64,000 bases of DNA from Candidatus Bathyarchaeota archaeon (lineage in GTDB: Archaea; Thermoproteota; Bathyarchaeia; TCS64): the NCBI GenBank assembly GCA_963769425.1, contig CAVYLP010000004.1, positions 32,001 through 96,000 of the forward strand. The letters run 5' to 3'. The position numbers and the translations under genes were made by a program. The notes beneath the pieces were generated by a model. That model saw only the letters and a list, made by a program, of their open reading frames with translations. It searched no databases and was not told where the DNA came from. Positions 41,956-51,777 of the stretch are shown here, piece after piece (position 1 is the first letter of the stretch; each line of letters starts with the position of its first letter).

Positions 41956-42195
41956 CTAACAAATATACAAAGATGAAACAAAGAAAAGAGTTTTCGCTTA
42001 CGCCTTTTTAGCTCCAAAAATAGAAACCCGAACCCGTTAGAAGACGACGAAAATCTATTAATACCTAAAGGAAGTTGGAAATACACTTAACTTTAAGAAT
42101 AAATCAGTAAATAACCGACAATTTTATAAGCAGTCTTGGAGCTGATCATGGTCTTCTCCTCAAGAAATGGGTGGGCGTGTATAAATGATTGGGAG

Positions 42196-43086
42196 CTACT
42201 CCAACTCCCTCAACTTGTCCGCAATGAGCCCCGCGACGGAGACCCTGCTGAATGGGGTCTCGATTGTGTTAGTTGCGATGATGGGGTCGGCGCCAGCTTT
42301 CCTGATCTTCTCCTCCGCCCCCGGCATGTAGAGGACGTGCGTGCACGCCGCGGCGACCTTCTCGGCTCCCTGCGCGATGAGCGCCTCGACGGCCTTCGCC
42401 ATGGTCCCGCCGCTGCTTATCATGTCGTCGAAGACTACTGCTCTGCGCCCAGAGATGTTGAGGTCTTTGACAGCCATCGTGATCTCACCTGTTTTGCGGT
42501 CACGGGTCTTCTCGAAGAAATTGTAGCCTCCGTCGAGGACCTTTGAGGCGGCTTCGGCGATGTAGATGGCTCCCTTGTCTGGTGAGAGGCTGTATGCATT
42601 GTCGAAGCCCTCCTTCTTGAGGTACTCGGCGAGCAGGGGGACTGCGGAGAGGTTGTGGAACTTGATGTCATGCTTCTGCTCGATGCCCCGGGTTGAGGCC
42701 TCGTTGTGGATGTTGACCGTGACGAGGTCGGTGACACCCGAGCACTCTAGGAGGCTGAAAATAACGTCGAGGCTAAGTGCCTCCAGTTCCGTGAACCGCT
42801 TGTCTTGGCGGGCGTAGGCTAGGTACGGGACGACAGCTACTATGTCCTTGGCGCCGAAGTCCTTCGCAGTCCTCGCCATGAGGAGGAGCTGCATGAGCCT
42901 CGTGTCGGGGTTAGGGGCCGTGGTCTGGACGATTACGACCTTCTCGCCAGCCACGGGCTTCGTGAACTTAATATAACTCTCCCCGTCGGGGAAGACGCGG
43001 TGCTCGACGGGCTGCGGCTCCACGCCGAGTCTCTCCGCTATCCTCCAGCCGAGTCCGAGGGAAGAGGGACCGGGTATGACGATCAT
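42196..43086 (-). CDS. prs: Ribose-phosphate pyrophosphokinase
   Basis: FPDGE, PYLAYARQD, SPDKG, DDMISSGGT. Confidence 0.96.
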   Translation of the reverse strand: MIVIPGPSSLGLGWRIAERLGVEPQPVEHRVFPDGESYIKFTKPVAGEKVVIVQTTAPNPDTRLMQLLLMARTAKDFGAKDIVAVVPYLAYARQDKRFTELEALSLDVIFSLLECSGVTDLVTVNIHNEASTRGIEQKHDIKFHNLSAVPLLAEYLKKEGFDNAYSLSPDKGAIYIAEAASKVLDGGYNFFEKTRDRKTGEITMAVKDLNISGRRAVVFDDMISSGGTMAKAVEALIAQGAEKVAAACTHVLYMPGAEEKIRKAGADPIIATNTIETPFSRVSVAGLIADKLRELE

Positions 43087-43126
43087 ACGGGGGAGGGATA
43101 GGCGTAACGACTAGATAAGCGGAGCC

Positions 43127-43940
43127 CTAGATCCCGGTGAAGAGGAGGGCGAAGGCAAGTAGGAGCCCCGCGGCGACGGCCGCGATCGCCCAGACCCTCT
43201 TGTCCCAGTTGTATATCTTCATCCCGTCGAAGATGCCGAAGGGTATGAGGTTGAAGAGGGCGAGGAAGGCGTTGATCTGGATGCCGTAGCCCGCGAGATA
43301 CCCTAACAGGCTGTAAGGATTCGCGATGTAGATGAAGAGGTAGATAAGTGCCTGCGCTATATTCGTAGCGGGGCCGGCGATGGATATCTTGCCGTACTCG
43401 TTCTTGTTCATGAGGCCGGCGATCATCACGGCGCCCGGGGCGACTATCATTATCGGCAGAACCGATGTCTGAAGTAGGAAGAAGGATAGGAATGTGAGGA
43501 GTAGCCCCATCGTGCTGAGCCTGAACTCAGCCCACATGCCGAGCCGCTGAGCGGCGAACTTGTGGGCGAGCTCGTGCAGGATGAAGGCCCCAGCGAGTAT
43601 CGAGACGACTCCTACGACGAGCAGGGGTTCGACTGGTGAAGTAGCTCCAGATCTTGAAGAAGGGGAGCGTCATGATTACTAATAGCCCTATGGCTAGGTC
43701 GCGTAGCTCCTTCTTGCTGAACCAGTAGGGGCGTATGATCCGGCTGGTGGAGTAGTTGCCGTAGAAGCCCCCCGAGGTCGAGTACTCGCCGACCTGGACG
43801 GTCTTCGGCTTCGTCTGGTCATACTTGCCCTTGCAGTCGTGGAACTCCGGTAGCCTGTGCTGCTCGCAGAAGTAGCCGCCGCAGTAGTTGCACCGGAAGG
43901 GCATGTACGTCTCTACGCCGCACTTCTCGCACTTGACCAT
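43127..43940 (-). CDS. AN1 zinc finger fused to M50 (site-2) metalloprotease (frameshift ~43625)
   Basis: CxxC..C..C..FC..HRLPE.H.C; shifted frame gives HELAH, AGP..N, FNLIPFGIFDG. Confidence 0.85.
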
Positions 43941-44003
43941 TGGGCCGTCTCCGAATTAGGCGGGTGGCGCCACTTTAAGGCTTTACTCCGGGGAAGAAGT
44001 TGT

Positions 44004-44976
44004 TTACGCCGCCGCCTGCCTTATCGCGGCGACTATCTTCTCCTTGCTGGGGAGTAGTTCCTTCTCAAGTCTCGGGTTGAAGGGCAGCGGTATGTTCGGC
44101 GTGGCGACGCGGATCGGCGGGGACTCGAGGCTCTTCAGCGCGCCTCTCCGCCACGAGTGCGACGACCTCGCCGCTGAATCCGTAGCTCTGGTAGTCCTCG
44201 TCGACGACGACTAGGCGACCCGTCTTCTTGACGGAGCCGATTATCGCCTCCTCGTCGAGCGGGACGAGGGTGCGGGGGTCGAGGACCTCGACGCTCACCT
44301 TGCCCTTGAGCTCGTCGGCCGCCTTCATCGCCTCCTGCACCATCAGGCTTGTGGCTACGACGGTGACGTCCTTGCCCTCGCGGACGAGGTTGGCGACGCC
44401 GAGGGGGACCTCGTATGGCTCCTTCGGCACTTGCCCCTTGACTGGGTAGAGGAGCCTGTGCTCCATGAATATCTTCGGGTTGGGGTCGCGTATGCTTGAG
44501 ATGAGGAGGCCCTTGGCGTCGTATGGGTTGCTCGGGACGACGACCTTGAGCCCCGGCATGTGGGCGAAGAGGCCGTGTAGACTCTCGCTGTGTGTGGCGC
44601 CGCTGCTCGTGCCCGCTCCGGTGAGGACGCGCAGCGTCATGGGGACGCTGACGGCCCCACCGCTCATGTATGTGCTCTTCGCGAACTGGTTGAGTATCTG
44701 GTCCATGGCGACTAGGCCGAAGTCGACGAGCATCAGCTCGACAACTGGACGGTAGCCCGCGATGGCGGCGCCGACGCCTGCCCCGATGAACGCGGTCTCG
44801 GTGATGGGGGCGTCACGGACGCGTTCCCTCCCGAACTTCTCCTTGAGCCCCTTCGTGGCCTCGCGCCACTGGCTGGAGACGTTCTCGCCGAAGACGATGA
44901 CCTTCGGGTCACGCTCCATCTCGGCGATGTGGGCCTCGTTGAGGGCCTGTCCGAACGTTATCTCGCGTGCGGGCAT
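44004..44976 (-). CDS. 2-oxoacid/acetoin dehydrogenase E1 beta (frameshift ~44140)
   Basis: DAPITE, THSES, PGLKVV.PS, DPRTLVPLD, KTGRL. Confidence 0.92.
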
Positions 44977-44977
44977 C

Positions 44978-45925
44978 TCAGTCCGCCTCCTTGTAGACGC
45001 AGGCATACGCCTGATCCGGTGTCGGCTCGGGGCTCTTGAGGGCGAAGTCGACAGCCTTCTGCACCTTCACCGCCTCCTCTGCCCTGATCTGCTCGTCGAG
45101 CTTCTTAGGTATCTTCTGCTTGAGGAGGTCTATTGGGTCCCACTGCCTCTCCTTCTCGTTGGATTCGAGGCGTCCATCTAGGTTGCCTTCGAGCTGGTGG
45201 ACCTTGAACTCCAGTAAGGTCGGGCCTTTGCCGGCGCGTGCGCGTCTGACGGCCTTGCCCGCGGCCTTGTAGACCTCGGCTATGTCCCAGCCGATGTGGG
45301 TGCTCCCGGGCATGGCGTAGTTCTTGGCCCTGAGGCTAACCTTGTCTATGCTGAGCTGAGGATAGTCTATTTCGTGGCCGAGCATACGCTGTACCTCGGG
45401 GCTGCTATTCTCGCAGACGAAGACTATGGGTAGCTGCCAGCATGCGGCGAGGTTTAGGGTCTCCTGTACGCCTCCCTGGTTGCTTCCGCCTTCCCCGAAG
45501 TAGGAGACGGCGACGTTTCGCTTGGCATTTAGCTGGTCGGCTAGGGCGTAGCCGGCGGTCATGGGGACGCTGCCTCCAACTATGCCGTTTGCCCCGAGTG
45601 CTCCGACGCTGGGGTCGAATGTGTGGTAGGGCCCTGCTTTGCCGTGGTTGAATCCGGTCTCCTTCCCCATGAGTTCTGCCATGAGTTTGTCGAGGTCGCA
45701 CCCCTTGGCTATGAGGTGGCCGAGGGCACGGTGTGTACTCCCGATCTGATCGCCCCTTCGAAGGTGGGCGGAGACCCCTACGGCGACCGCTTCCTGTCCG
45801 GTGTAGAGGCCGAAGCGGGCGGGTATCTTTCCCTCCTTCGTCAGTCTGCGGACGGCGTTCTCGAAGGTCCTGATGCGGATCATGACTCGGTAAAGTTCAG
45901 TTATCTTGGCGTCGTTTAGGCTCAA
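44978..45925 (-). CDS. 2-oxoacid/acetoin dehydrogenase E1 alpha (atypical)
   Basis: GQEA, STHR..GH, NGIVG, FGEG..NQG, GPTLLE; start placed at TTG 45925. Confidence 0.88.
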   Translation of the reverse strand: MSLNDAKITELYRVMIRIRTFENAVRRLTKEGKIPARFGLYTGQEAVAVGVSAHLRRGDQIGSTHRALGHLIAKGCDLDKLMAELMGKETGFNHGKAGPYHTFDPSVGALGANGIVGGSVPMTAGYALADQLNAKRNVAVSYFGEGGSNQGGVQETLNLAACWQLPIVFVCENSSPEVQRMLGHEIDYPQLSIDKVSLRAKNYAMPGSTHIGWDIAEVYKAAGKAVRRARAGKGPTLLEFKVHQLEGNLDGRLESNEKERQWDPIDLLKQKIPKKLDEQIRAEEAVKVQKAVDFALKSPEPTPDQAYACVYKEAD

Positions 45926-46017
45926 GGTTGCTCTGGGGATGTTGTGTGGTCTAGTGGATTTTAGGATTTCCTGCGTTTGCTTGTGGCGCGCTACTGTATC
46001 ACGGTTTTTTTTCTCCT

Positions 46018-46136
46018 CGTGCATGCACAGGAGGGAGGGAATGGTACTTCACCGCCCCCACATTTTCGATTATTTCAGTCGATTTCGTTGATCGGGGCGT
46101 TTTTCCGGTTCCGTTTGCGGTGGAGGCGCAGTGGAT
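46018..46136 (-). repeat. Dispersed ~119-bp non-coding repeat, copy B
   Basis: Reverse complement aligns to 53773-53890, 79/119 identical by hand with one gap. Confidence 0.75.
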
Positions 46137-46287
46137 TCCCGCCGGAGGTGGCTTAAGTGTGCATTTTGTGTATAATCGGAGGAGTTGAAACGTTTTTCAG
46201 GATTCTACGGGTGGAAGGGACCATTTTCAGGCTCTGATAGTTTACTCTATCCTACCTTTTTTCTGCTCAGTACTAGAACTGTTCGTA

Positions 46288-46524
46288 TTACGGCTTCTGA
46301 GGTTTGGCGTCCTTACTTGGTTGAGTAGTCTTCGGCAGGATGGCCTTGACGCGCCCGACCTTACCGTCCGTTAGGCGGACCTTGATTCCGTGTGGGTGGA
46401 ACTGGCTGCCTGTCAGCAGCTCCTTGACAACGCCGCGTGTGAGTTTCCCCGTCGCCTGGTCCTGTTTCAGGACGATGTCAACGGTGTCGCCCGGGTGTAT
46501 CTCACTCCTCTTCGTGCCGGCCAT
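46288..46524 (-). CDS. YwbE (DUF2196) family protein
   Basis: VLKQDQ.TGKLT.G.V..LLT...HPHGIKVRL.DG.VGRV. Confidence 0.92.
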   Translation of the reverse strand: MAGTKRSEIHPGDTVDIVLKQDQATGKLTRGVVKELLTGSQFHPHGIKVRLTDGKVGRVKAILPKTTQPSKDAKPQKP

Positions 46525-46572
46525 CGGTCTCGATGCAGGGTGTCTCTCCCTGTTTAAATGGAGTGCGGAGTG

Positions 46573-47373
46573 TCACCGCATGACGGGGACACAGACCTTC
46601 GAGCCCGCTTCCTCGGCGTAAATGATCTTTATTTCGACTCCGTAGACCTTCCTCAGGTTCTCCTCGGTTACGACGTCCTCCGCCCTCCCCTCGGCGATAA
46701 TCCTCCCCTCTTTCATCACGGCGACGCGGCACCCGAGGTGGAAGGCGTGGTCGGGGAAGTGGGAGGTCAGAACGACTGTGAACCCCCTCTCGGATAACGT
46801 CCTGATGAGTTGGAGTGTCCTTATCTGGTTGCCAAAGTCGAGGTGGCTAGTCGGCTCGTCAAGAAGAAGCACCTCGGGCTGCTGGGTGAGAACCATGGCT
46901 AGGAGGGCGAGCTGCCTCTCCCCACCACTTATCCTCGTATAGGGCTTCTCTGCGAGGTGGGATATCCCGAGGGATTCAAGGCTACCCTCCGCTATCTTGT
47001 AGTCTGTCGAATTTGGTGTGCTCGCTAGGCCGAGGTAGGGGGCGCGGCCCATCACAGCGACGTCTCGGACCGTGTACGGGTATGCTGATACGTGCATCTG
47101 TGGGAGGAAACCGACCCTTCGCGCAATCTGCGCCCTGCCGAGGCCGTGGAGGTCCACGCCGTCTACTAAAACCCTCCCGGTTTGGGGCGTGAGTATCCTG
47201 TTCATACACTTCAGAAAGGTGGTCTTCCCTGAGCCGTTGGCGCCGAGGATGGTGAGCACCTCACCCCTCTCCGCCTTCAGGGAGATATCATCGAAGACGC
47301 GTTTACCTCCCTCGTAGCCAAAGCTCAGGGACTCCACGCTGAGCTTCAATCCCACGCCCCCCTGCTCCTCCAT
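46573..47373 (-). CDS. Metal-chelate ABC transporter ATPase
   Basis: GANGSGKT, ISGGERQ, LLDEPTSHLD. Confidence 0.95.
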   Translation of the reverse strand: MEEQGGVGLKLSVESLSFGYEGGKRVFDDISLKAERGEVLTILGANGSGKTTFLKCMNRILTPQTGRVLVDGVDLHGLGRAQIARRVGFLPQMHVSAYPYTVRDVAVMGRAPYLGLASTPNSTDYKIAEGSLESLGISHLAEKPYTRISGGERQLALLAMVLTQQPEVLLLDEPTSHLDFGNQIRTLQLIRTLSERGFTVVLTSHFPDHAFHLGCRVAVMKEGRIIAEGRAEDVVTEENLRKVYGVEIKIIYAEEAGSKVCVPVMR

Positions 47374-48344
47374 AGGAGGTAAGCGAAGAATGGCGTCCCC
47401 ACAAGCGCCGTCAGTATCCCGACTGGGACCTCACCCGTCGTGATCGTCCGGCTGAGGTCGTCGATAACTAGCAGGTACACGGCTCCCAACAGGGCGCAGG
47501 TTGGGAGTAGTTTCCTGTTGTCGGGGCCGACGAGCATCCTCCCGATGTGGGGTATAACTAGCCCTATCCAGCCTATGACGCCGCTCACGCTGACCGCTGC
47601 AGCTGTGGCGAGGGTGCTGCAGAGCACCACCACCCCCACTGTGAGCCTGAGGTCAACACCCAAAGACTGAGCCTCCTCCTCCCCCATCGAGAGCAGGTTG
47701 ATCCTCCACCTGACTACCATCAATCCGGCGACGCTGAGCAAGATTATCGGGGTAATTATAATGATGTCCTTCTGCCCAACAGAGGAGAGGGAGCCCATTA
47801 GCCAGAAGACTATAGCAGGGAGCTTCTCTTGGGGGTCGGCGATGTACTGGATCATGGAGACTATAGCGGAGAAGAAGGAGCTGATTATGATCCCCGCGAG
47901 GACGAGCGTGAGGTTGCTCGACCCCTTATAGATCCTGCTGAGTCCATATGTTACACCAACCGAGATCAGGCTGAAGATGAAGGCGAAGAGCTGGATCACC
48001 GCCGGGTCGCCGGAGATGAGTATTGCGAGGGCCGCACCCAATCCCGCGCCTGAGGAGACGCCGAGGGTATAGGAGGAGACGAGTGGGTTCTTAAACATCC
48101 CCTGGAAACCTGCCCCCGCTACCGACAGAGCTACGCCGACAAGGATAGCAGCGATGATACGGGGATACCTGATCTGGTAGAGAACCGTCAATACGACCGG
48201 TTCCGACTCCCCTACACCGAAGAGTGCCTTGAGTACCTGATCTACAGGAATCCAGTACCGCCCCACACCGAGGGAAACCGCGAAGGTTACGAAGAGACCT
48301 ATCGCGAGGAGGATCAGGGTCGTTCGATAGCGCCGGTCCGACAT
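47346..48344 (-). CDS. FecCD/BtuC-family permease
   Basis: R.PR..A, NPL, GEEEAQSLG, WIGLVIPH. Confidence 0.95.
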   Translation of the reverse strand: MSDRRYRTTLILLAIGLFVTFAVSLGVGRYWIPVDQVLKALFGVGESEPVVLTVLYQIRYPRIIAAILVGVALSVAGAGFQGMFKNPLVSSYTLGVSSGAGLGAALAILISGDPAVIQLFAFIFSLISVGVTYGLSRIYKGSSNLTLVLAGIIISSFFSAIVSMIQYIADPQEKLPAIVFWLMGSLSSVGQKDIIIITPIILLSVAGLMVVRWRINLLSMGEEEAQSLGVDLRLTVGVVVLCSTLATAAAVSVSGVIGWIGLVIPHIGRMLVGPDNRKLLPTCALLGAVYLLVIDDLSRTITTGEVPVGILTALVGTPFFAYLLWRSRGAWD

Positions 48345-48354
48345 CTCGCTCCTC

Positions 48355-49180
48355 TTACTCCTTGCCCCACGAGATCATGGTCCAGACATGGACAGTGTTC
48401 TCGATCTCCTCTTTAATCTGCTCGGCGAAGCGTCGCATCTGCTCCTGCTCAGCAGGCTTCAGCGAGAGCATCCAGTTGAGGCTGTCGAGGTACTTCTGGA
48501 CGGCCTTATCGCCCGAGTTGAACCTTAGGAAGTACCCGCATGAGGGCTTCAGCCCCATTTGGTGTACGACGTTGTAGACGTGTATGTTCGTGGGGGCGGG
48601 GTGATACTCCCTGCCGAGTGATTTGAACGCGGCGGAGTCCTCGTCTATGAAGTCGGTCACGGGCATAGTCACGAAGATGCGTCTTCCGACCTTACTCATC
48701 CGGCGCAGGGCGTCCTCTAGATCCCACTCAATAGCCACTCCACCCTCCTTCGGCTTCTCGACCGCGCCGAGTAGGTTGATGCAGTTCGAGGCGACGACAA
48801 TATCATATTTATCATCTATGTCAACGCCCGGTTCAGCTTCGCGCCAGAATCGCCTCACACATTTGATGTTCCCTATGCCCTCCTCGCTGGCTCTCCGCCT
48901 TAGTTTGCTTAGCATCCCCTCGGATGTGTCGAGGGCGGTCACGGATTTGACGATCCTCGCCAGCGGTATGGTGGTGGTGCCGGGTCCGCAGCCGATGTCG
49001 AGTACTCTGTCCCCCGGGGAGGGCTTGATGAGGTTGATAACGGTCTCGGGGTACAGGGGATTCATCTTCTCCGCGAACCCCTCTGCCTCCGAGGCGTTCC
49101 ACTGCTTCAAGGCGCCACGATCATCGTAGGCGATCGTGGTACTCTTCTCTATGGTCTCCTTCCAGACCGAGTGCCAGTCG
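48355..49180 (-). CDS. Class I SAM-dependent methyltransferase (5' end uncertain)
   Basis: VLDIGCGPG, D.S..ML; frame stays open upstream of TTG 49110 (VDWHSVWKE). Confidence 0.88.
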
Positions 49181-49195
49181 ACGGGCTCTCCTCGC

Positions 49196-50221
49196 CTAGT
49201 CGAGGGAGGGGCCGTCGTACTCCACCCCGTACGTTGCCTTGTAGAAGACCTTGGCTTCGGAGGTCATGCTGACCCCGCTCCAGAGGTTGGGGTAGAGCTT
49301 AGAGGAGATCCACTTGATGGCGAAGATGGCGCGTAGAGATCCGTAGTCCCAACCAGCCTCCGGGATCGCGTAGACCCTCTTGTTCTTCACCGCATCGACC
49401 TGCTGTATCTTAGGGTCATTTAGTATGGCAGTGACGTTGACGTTCTGCAGCGTGAAGATGACCTGCGGGTTCCAGGCGATGAGCTGCTCGGGGGAGACCT
49501 CAGGCGTCCAAGCGGTGATCTCCTTCGCCACGTTAGTGCCTCCTGCCGTCACTATCTCGGAGTGCTCGAATGTGGTGCCACCGTAGACATGGTAGACATC
49601 GTTGGCGCAGAAGTAGACGCTCGTCTTTCCCGACTCGGGCACGTCTTTGACCTTGGCCTTCACCTCGGCCACGATCTTGTCTAGGTTGTTCGATATCTCG
49701 TTGGCCTTGGCATCGGCACCGACTACCTTCCCGATGATCTTGAGGTCCCTCGTGAAGTTGCCGATCTCCTCGAAGTGGGCGACGACGCATGTCTGGTTGA
49801 GGTCCCTAACCTCCTTCACCCATGATATCCTGCCGTATCCGCCGACGAGTACGACGTCCGCCTTGAGTGCGAGTAGAGCCTCCTTGTTCAGCGTCTTCCC
49901 CGAGACGGGGGCTGGGAGGTCCTTGAGAGCTGGCACGAGCTTTGATATGAACAAGCCGTATCCGACGCCTTGCTTCGTCATGTCGTCTATGCCGACGAGT
50001 CTATCCTTTGCCCCGAGGACGACGACCATCTCCGCTTGCATCGAGCGGAGGGCGACTATCCTCTGCGGCGAGCTCGGGATATTCACCGAGGTCCCGGTTG
50101 AGTCGACGACTGTAAGGGACGCCAACGCTGGCGCTGCCTTCGGCTGAGTCAAGTACATGTACCCTCCTAGGCCGGCGATCACCACGAGCACGGCAGCTAC
50201 TATGTAGAAGTTCCTGTTCAT
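49196..50221 (-). CDS. Fe-chelate/cobalamin ABC substrate-binding protein
   Basis: N-terminal anchor, D..G..V.IP..PQRIV, E.LLAL..D, AVKNKRVY. Confidence 0.92.
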   Translation of the reverse strand: MNRNFYIVAAVLVVIAGLGGYMYLTQPKAAPALASLTVVDSTGTSVNIPSSPQRIVALRSMQAEMVVVLGAKDRLVGIDDMTKQGVGYGLFISKLVPALKDLPAPVSGKTLNKEALLALKADVVLVGGYGRISWVKEVRDLNQTCVVAHFEEIGNFTRDLKIIGKVVGADAKANEISNNLDKIVAEVKAKVKDVPESGKTSVYFCANDVYHVYGGTTFEHSEIVTAGGTNVAKEITAWTPEVSPEQLIAWNPQVIFTLQNVNVTAILNDPKIQQVDAVKNKRVYAIPEAGWDYGSLRAIFAIKWISSKLYPNLWSGVSMTSEAKVFYKATYGVEYDGPSLD

Positions 50222-50327
50222 CCAATCACCTGATATGTAATAATATTCATATCGAGTACCATCGCTTCTGTATTAAAGATTATCAGGTGAATCGTGGCAC
50301 GATTGGGGTGAGAATAGGAGTTGGTTG

Positions 50328-50438
50328 TGGCGGGCCCGGAGGGATTCGAACCCTCGATCTCCGGCTTAGAAGGCTTGCGCGTCGGCGTCGGGTTGCGGCG
50401 ACCGACTAGGCGCCTTATCCTGGCTTGGCCACGGGCCC
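50328..50438 (-). tRNA. tRNA-Arg(TCT) with 33-nt non-canonical intron (50375-50407), CCA encoded
   Basis: Acceptor GGGCCCG/CGGGCCC, T-arm GAGGG-TTCGAAT-CCCTC, loop CT-TCT-AA; BHB-like GCGC helix; TATA-like TTAAAAA upstream. Confidence 0.92.
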
Positions 50439-50606
50439 CACCGTCTTGAGGAGCGCCCCCTCTTTTTAAGAATGATGCGTCCCCTAGGCGCGGTGGTGCC
50501 TGTTTACTCTTTACAAACCTCGGTGAGCGTTGGATGAGTTGATTATTAACTCCACTATCTACGATAGTTGAGACTCTCAAGGATCAGCTTTGCATGTGTG
50601 GGTTAT

Positions 50607-51116
50607 TTACCACGTTTCGAGGTGTACCCGATCTTTCATGTAGCGGTTTGCAGGGGGTTTTTCCTCGAGGGGGTAGCCCACCGATATTATGTTGAGTGGG
50701 ACTATCTTCTCGGGGATGTGGAGGAGCTCTTTGACACCTTTGACGAGATTTTCATTCGGGTAAACACCCAGCCATACGGCACCTAAGCCTGTAGCCTTAA
50801 CGGCGAGTAGGATGTTTTGCGTAGCCGCGGAGCAGTCTTGGACCCAGAAGCCCGTGCCCCCCTCGAGTTCGGTGTCTCCGCAGACTATTATGGCGAGGGC
50901 GGCTTGCTCAAGCATCTTGGAGTAGTTATGGAACTTGGGTATCTCCAACAGTGTCGCCCTGTCCCTCACAATTATGAAGTGCCAAGGCTGCCTGTTATGA
51001 CCACTTGGCGCTGCCATTGCGGCCTCAAGTAGGCGCTTAACCTCCTCGTCTGTAACGGGCTTGTTTGAGTATTTCCTTATGCTCCGCCTTCCAAGTATCG
51101 TTTCCATTGCTTCCAT
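50607..51116 (-). CDS. Nitroreductase family protein
   Basis: RRSIRKY, APSGHNRQPW, QNILLA..GLG..W. Confidence 0.95.
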   Translation of the reverse strand: MEAMETILGRRSIRKYSNKPVTDEEVKRLLEAAMAAPSGHNRQPWHFIIVRDRATLLEIPKFHNYSKMLEQAALAIIVCGDTELEGGTGFWVQDCSAATQNILLAVKATGLGAVWLGVYPNENLVKGVKELLHIPEKIVPLNIISVGYPLEEKPPANRYMKDRVHLETW

Positions 51117-51224
51117 TCGATCACCACTTGTTAAGATGAATGATCTCCATTAAAGGTCTCTTGACGTTTGGCCGACGGGTTTTTAGAGGAATCGCCTTAT
51201 CCCGGGGACGGTGTTGATGAAGCC

Positions 51225-51599
51225 ATGGAAGTCATTGTGGATAGGGGACTCCTAGGTGAGATGCTCATGTTCGCAAAGGAGAGACACCCGAAGGAGGCCG
51301 TCCTAATGCTTAGGGGGAAGGTTAGCAAGGAGTCGATCACCATAACAGACTATCTCTTCCCGCCCTTCGCCACAACTGACAGCATATCTGCGAGCTACCC
51401 GATCCACATGCTCCCCATCGACTTCTCCATCGTGGGGACGGCCCACAGCCACCCGTCGGGTTCCCTGATGCTCTCAACAGTAGATATGAACAACATGTAT
51501 GGGAGGATCAGCGTATTAATGGGCTTCCCATACGGGCCCGGTGACGTAGCGGCCTACAACAAGCAGGCTGAACGCCTTATAGTTAAGATAACTGAATAA
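51225..51599 (+). CDS. JAB1/MPN/Mov34 (JAMM) metalloenzyme
   Basis: HPKE...HSHPSG....S..D. Confidence 0.9.
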   Translation: MEVIVDRGLLGEMLMFAKERHPKEAVLMLRGKVSKESITITDYLFPPFATTDSISASYPIHMLPIDFSIVGTAHSHPSGSLMLSTVDMNNMYGRISVLMGFPYGPGDVAAYNKQAERLIVKITE

Positions 51600-51777
51600 C
51601 CTCCAGAGTTGCGATAATTATAAATTATCTTTTCAGGATGTGTTTAGCTCTTCATCAAGTTTTCTTGTGGGTGCTTCTCACAGGGACTTAGACGGATCCC
51701 ACCAACTAAGCCCTTCACCTCGACAGCGGCGACATCACCGTCTCGCACACATCTTAGCTTGGAGAAGAGTAGACCAA

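Larger units (their letters stand above)
37230..42149. mobile_element. Decayed integrative element (~4.9 kb) bounded by 13-bp direct repeats
   Basis: TGGAGCTGATCAT at 37230-37242 and 42137-42149; integrase remnant next to left repeat; AT-rich cargo. Confidence 0.82.

Noticed and set aside
41954-42042. Integron attC site (GTTAGGT directly before the 247-aa gene on the minus strand)
   Set aside because: No matching RYYYAAC partner or L-box hairpin; the integrase remnant shows no IntI features; AGGTG more likely acts as an RBS/start
45926-46024. N-terminal extension of E1 alpha from ATG 46024
   Set aside because: The ATG lies inside the non-coding repeat and the extension is compositionally non-coding
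50218-50580. 120-aa ORF
   Set aside because: Overlaps the tRNA-Arg gene and its promoter
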